A DNA stretch of 27,020 nucleotides. It comes from a candidate division WOR-3 bacterium (lineage in GTDB: Bacteria > Hydrothermota > Hydrothermia > JBDRYB01). Made by a program: the position numbers and the translations under genes. Below, piece by piece: positions 26,201 to 27,020 of this stretch. The stretch lies in contig JBDRYB010000025.1 in assembly GCA_039803205.1 (NCBI GenBank), positions 1-27,020 of the forward strand, given 5' to 3'. Positions within the stretch are counted from its first letter, which is position 1. Each line of letters opens with the position of its first letter. The notes under the pieces are model-generated. The model was given only the letters and a program-made list of their open reading frames with translations, made no database searches and was not told the DNA's origin.

Positions 26201-27020
26201 CACGGTTCATTAACGGTCTCGGTGGTCAGAAAAGAGGAGTTCAGGTTAAAAAGCCCGTATTTCACCTGAAATTCATAGCCCCCACCCTTTTCCCTGTGTT
26301 CCTCCCAGACAAGGTGAAGATAGCCCTGAGGGTCATAAGCCATGTCAAGGTTGAAAACAGCTGGAGCTGGAATTGCCTGATCAGCCCTGTAAATCTTCTG
26401 CATGTGGGGCCAGAGATCGCCTTGCCTGTAGTTAGCCAGCCATATCTCGTTGCCCACTACGCCGTCCACGAACGCGCACCAAACCCTCCCGTCCTGGTCA
26501 ACGGCTATTGCAGGGTCTCTGGAATCAAGGGCATCTGAGATCAGGACCTCGTCCTCCTCCCAGATTACCTTGCCAAGGGACTTTGTCCCTATTGCGAGCC
26601 AAACCCTGTCCTGGTCCTCGTGAACGAGATAGACCTTGTCCCCTGATTCTACGAACTTTGAGCTGTTGGAGGGATCAAGGGAGTAATTCACGCGCGCTGA
26701 GAGACGGGGGTGGGTGGTGGCGAAGAGGGAGTTGGAAACGAGCTCTGTTGGCTCTTCGTCATAGTTGGCTGTGATTATCTGAAGCTCGTATTGTGTGCTC
26801 GGATAAGGGACTTCAAGGATATAGTCGGTCGCGCCAACGATGAGCTCCGGGTTCAAAATGAAGTCTGTTTGACCTTCTGGCTTATAGGCCGCGTAATAGC
26901 CGCCACAGCAAGCCTCGTTGCCGGTTACCTCCCAGACAAGGTTGATCTCTCTTGAGCTCGTAGGAGTGGCTGAAAGGAGGTTTGCGGGGCCGGGGCCTTC
27001 TAATAGAAGGACCTGGAAAG
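23275..27020 (-). CDS. Large secreted multidomain protein (FN3 + Asp-box/BNR-like propeller modules + T9SS/FlgD-type C-terminal domain); 5' end lies outside the window
   Basis: The frame stays open upstream of 26856 to the window edge (FQVLLLEGPGPANLLSATPTSSREINLVW..., FN3-like), giving >1240 aa. Asp-boxes SHDRGNTF and SQDFGETW; repeated P.lavD..g.vh..W motifs; C-terminus YPNPAKG...LYDIMGRRV...WDGTGDNG..LPAGVYFLRL...RKVVWMR. Confidence 0.85.
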   Translation of the reverse strand, partial: FQVLLLEGPGPANLLSATPTSSREINLVWEVTGNEACCGGYYAAYKPEGQTDFILNPELIVGATDYILEVPYPSTQYELQIITANYDEEPTELVSNSLFATTHPRLSARVNYSLDPSNSSKFVESGDKVYLVHEDQDRVWLAIGTKSLGKVIWEEDEVLISDALDSRDPAIAVDQDGRVWCAFVDGVVGNEIWLANYRQGDLWPHMQKIYRADQAIPAPAVFNLDMAYDPQGYLHLVWEEHREKGGGYEFQVKYGLFNLNSSFLTTETVNEPWTLRGNGGLAFAYPDVELMVGRIPGQPATPMVAFMRPQRGVVAFERANGNWDERYSSEKKGFSGNPDDYGGFDLGISNLAGAGYPFWPFLAFTYKNAGVPQVYFASPYSGINWQTAPISAWDGNVEKSMPFVAWYDTVALVGWVAKDALRGDEIYLRPVYKSGLHYQFWPLKTTKGIQIFDPHILLEPGNTYTPLWLETNPQKPPAYLVKYDRRIPPTTRVDIATPQITGPLGGDYTVYYTTDGSVKELWFLLSHDRGNTFPDTILHQVNPPAKDSVKLRMPDYPTKSLRLGVLWKDTLGMNSMVIPVRSVIASSGPFLTYGNNSKKIISSQGGELHLVYSTGDPISSVWPPDTPKVFWTKSQDFGETWNVPTLLGQGFLPGLAIRSFPNGEEALACAWLRPDGTGKLDLMYSYKEKNSASWSSPVSLGKVNYMMSAPGLAIDTKGKKVHISVDDYKDGTKLHELLYFSGKYDKPNKITRTVVSSWTAALPPKDTVIFPVPMPVESLSADTAIKDSLIVVNPLLCPSVAVDYNGGVHMAWDDRAQGVVYYGYKGPDQPNWNVLQISHPGRYARNPSLDVYGAQVYITWEEDQVYFQRWGYVDQPMSFLAEDTLFTYEPTSAYPFTRKGAGVAWNWWSKTKEGLKAGVDFARYLPSQDVWERDSIRVFMGLSRANPSFESYWDKSKAFDYLVWTSSFVSHFYNLYPLPPESTHVPPGWPMSNPLWYFVESQVYPREMADVSPFYALWLGTPNPTPYTHERDTFMVYENGIRVDYDADKLVYRFPFMEARSELMLILDLYYEGTEPQRRVRVEVGNDNLGDYPYSSGQKTRLTIELPDWVSGSEDVRITLKNHLGEAVEAAGLMIMAYAKKEGQGGPASLPGELTPPFALYAPYPNPAKGKLTIQFSVPSGANTSLVLYDIMGRRVSNLYQGNEPGLHILTWDGTGDNGSSLPAGVYFLRLTHGSGRSAVRKVVWMR

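Noticed and set aside
743..26955. Numerous 60-220-aa ORFs antisense to or nested in the called genes (e.g. 21840-22502, 21092-21670, 10163-10702, 6816-7295)
   Set aside because: Shadow ORFs expected in GC-rich coding DNA; no motifs, RBS or independent support
1..27020. CRISPR array, integrase, prophage genes or rRNA
   Set aside because: No regularly spaced repeats or recognisable motifs for these were seen on manual reading

Overview
Chromosomal window from a GC-rich (roughly 55-60% by eye), probably diderm bacterium. It encodes a TonB-dependent receptor, a lipoprotein, MltG and two secreted proteins with T9SS/FlgD-type C-terminal domains. The protein style and AGG/ATA-rich codon usage suggest an FCB-related candidate lineage such as WOR-3 (inference only). 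Left part, + strand: Kelch-repeat secreted protein, small membrane protein, class I aminotransferase, fused isobutyryl-CoA mutase/GTPase icmF with a coupled hypothetical gene, lipoprotein, mltG, DUF151 nuclease. Middle, - strand: HD-domain tRNA nucleotidyltransferase lacking the flexible loop (probably CC-adding only), prsW-like protease, aroA, a ~415-bp internally deleted IS remnant with terminal inverted repeats, a DnaQ-exonuclease/WYL-like fusion, suhB, a membrane protein, an ABC ATPase and a TonB-dependent receptor. Right part: a tRNA-Arg(TCT) gene without encoded CCA, a type IIG restriction-modification gene broken by two frameshifts and an in-frame TAG, and a convergent >1240-aa secreted FN3/propeller/CTD protein that runs off the window. 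I saw no CRISPR array, integrase or intact mobile element. The best leads are the exonuclease-WYL fusion, very short N-terminal export leaders, the CC-adding enzyme plus CCA-less tRNA, the decayed R-M gene at a tRNA, the IS remnant and pervasive leaderless promoters.
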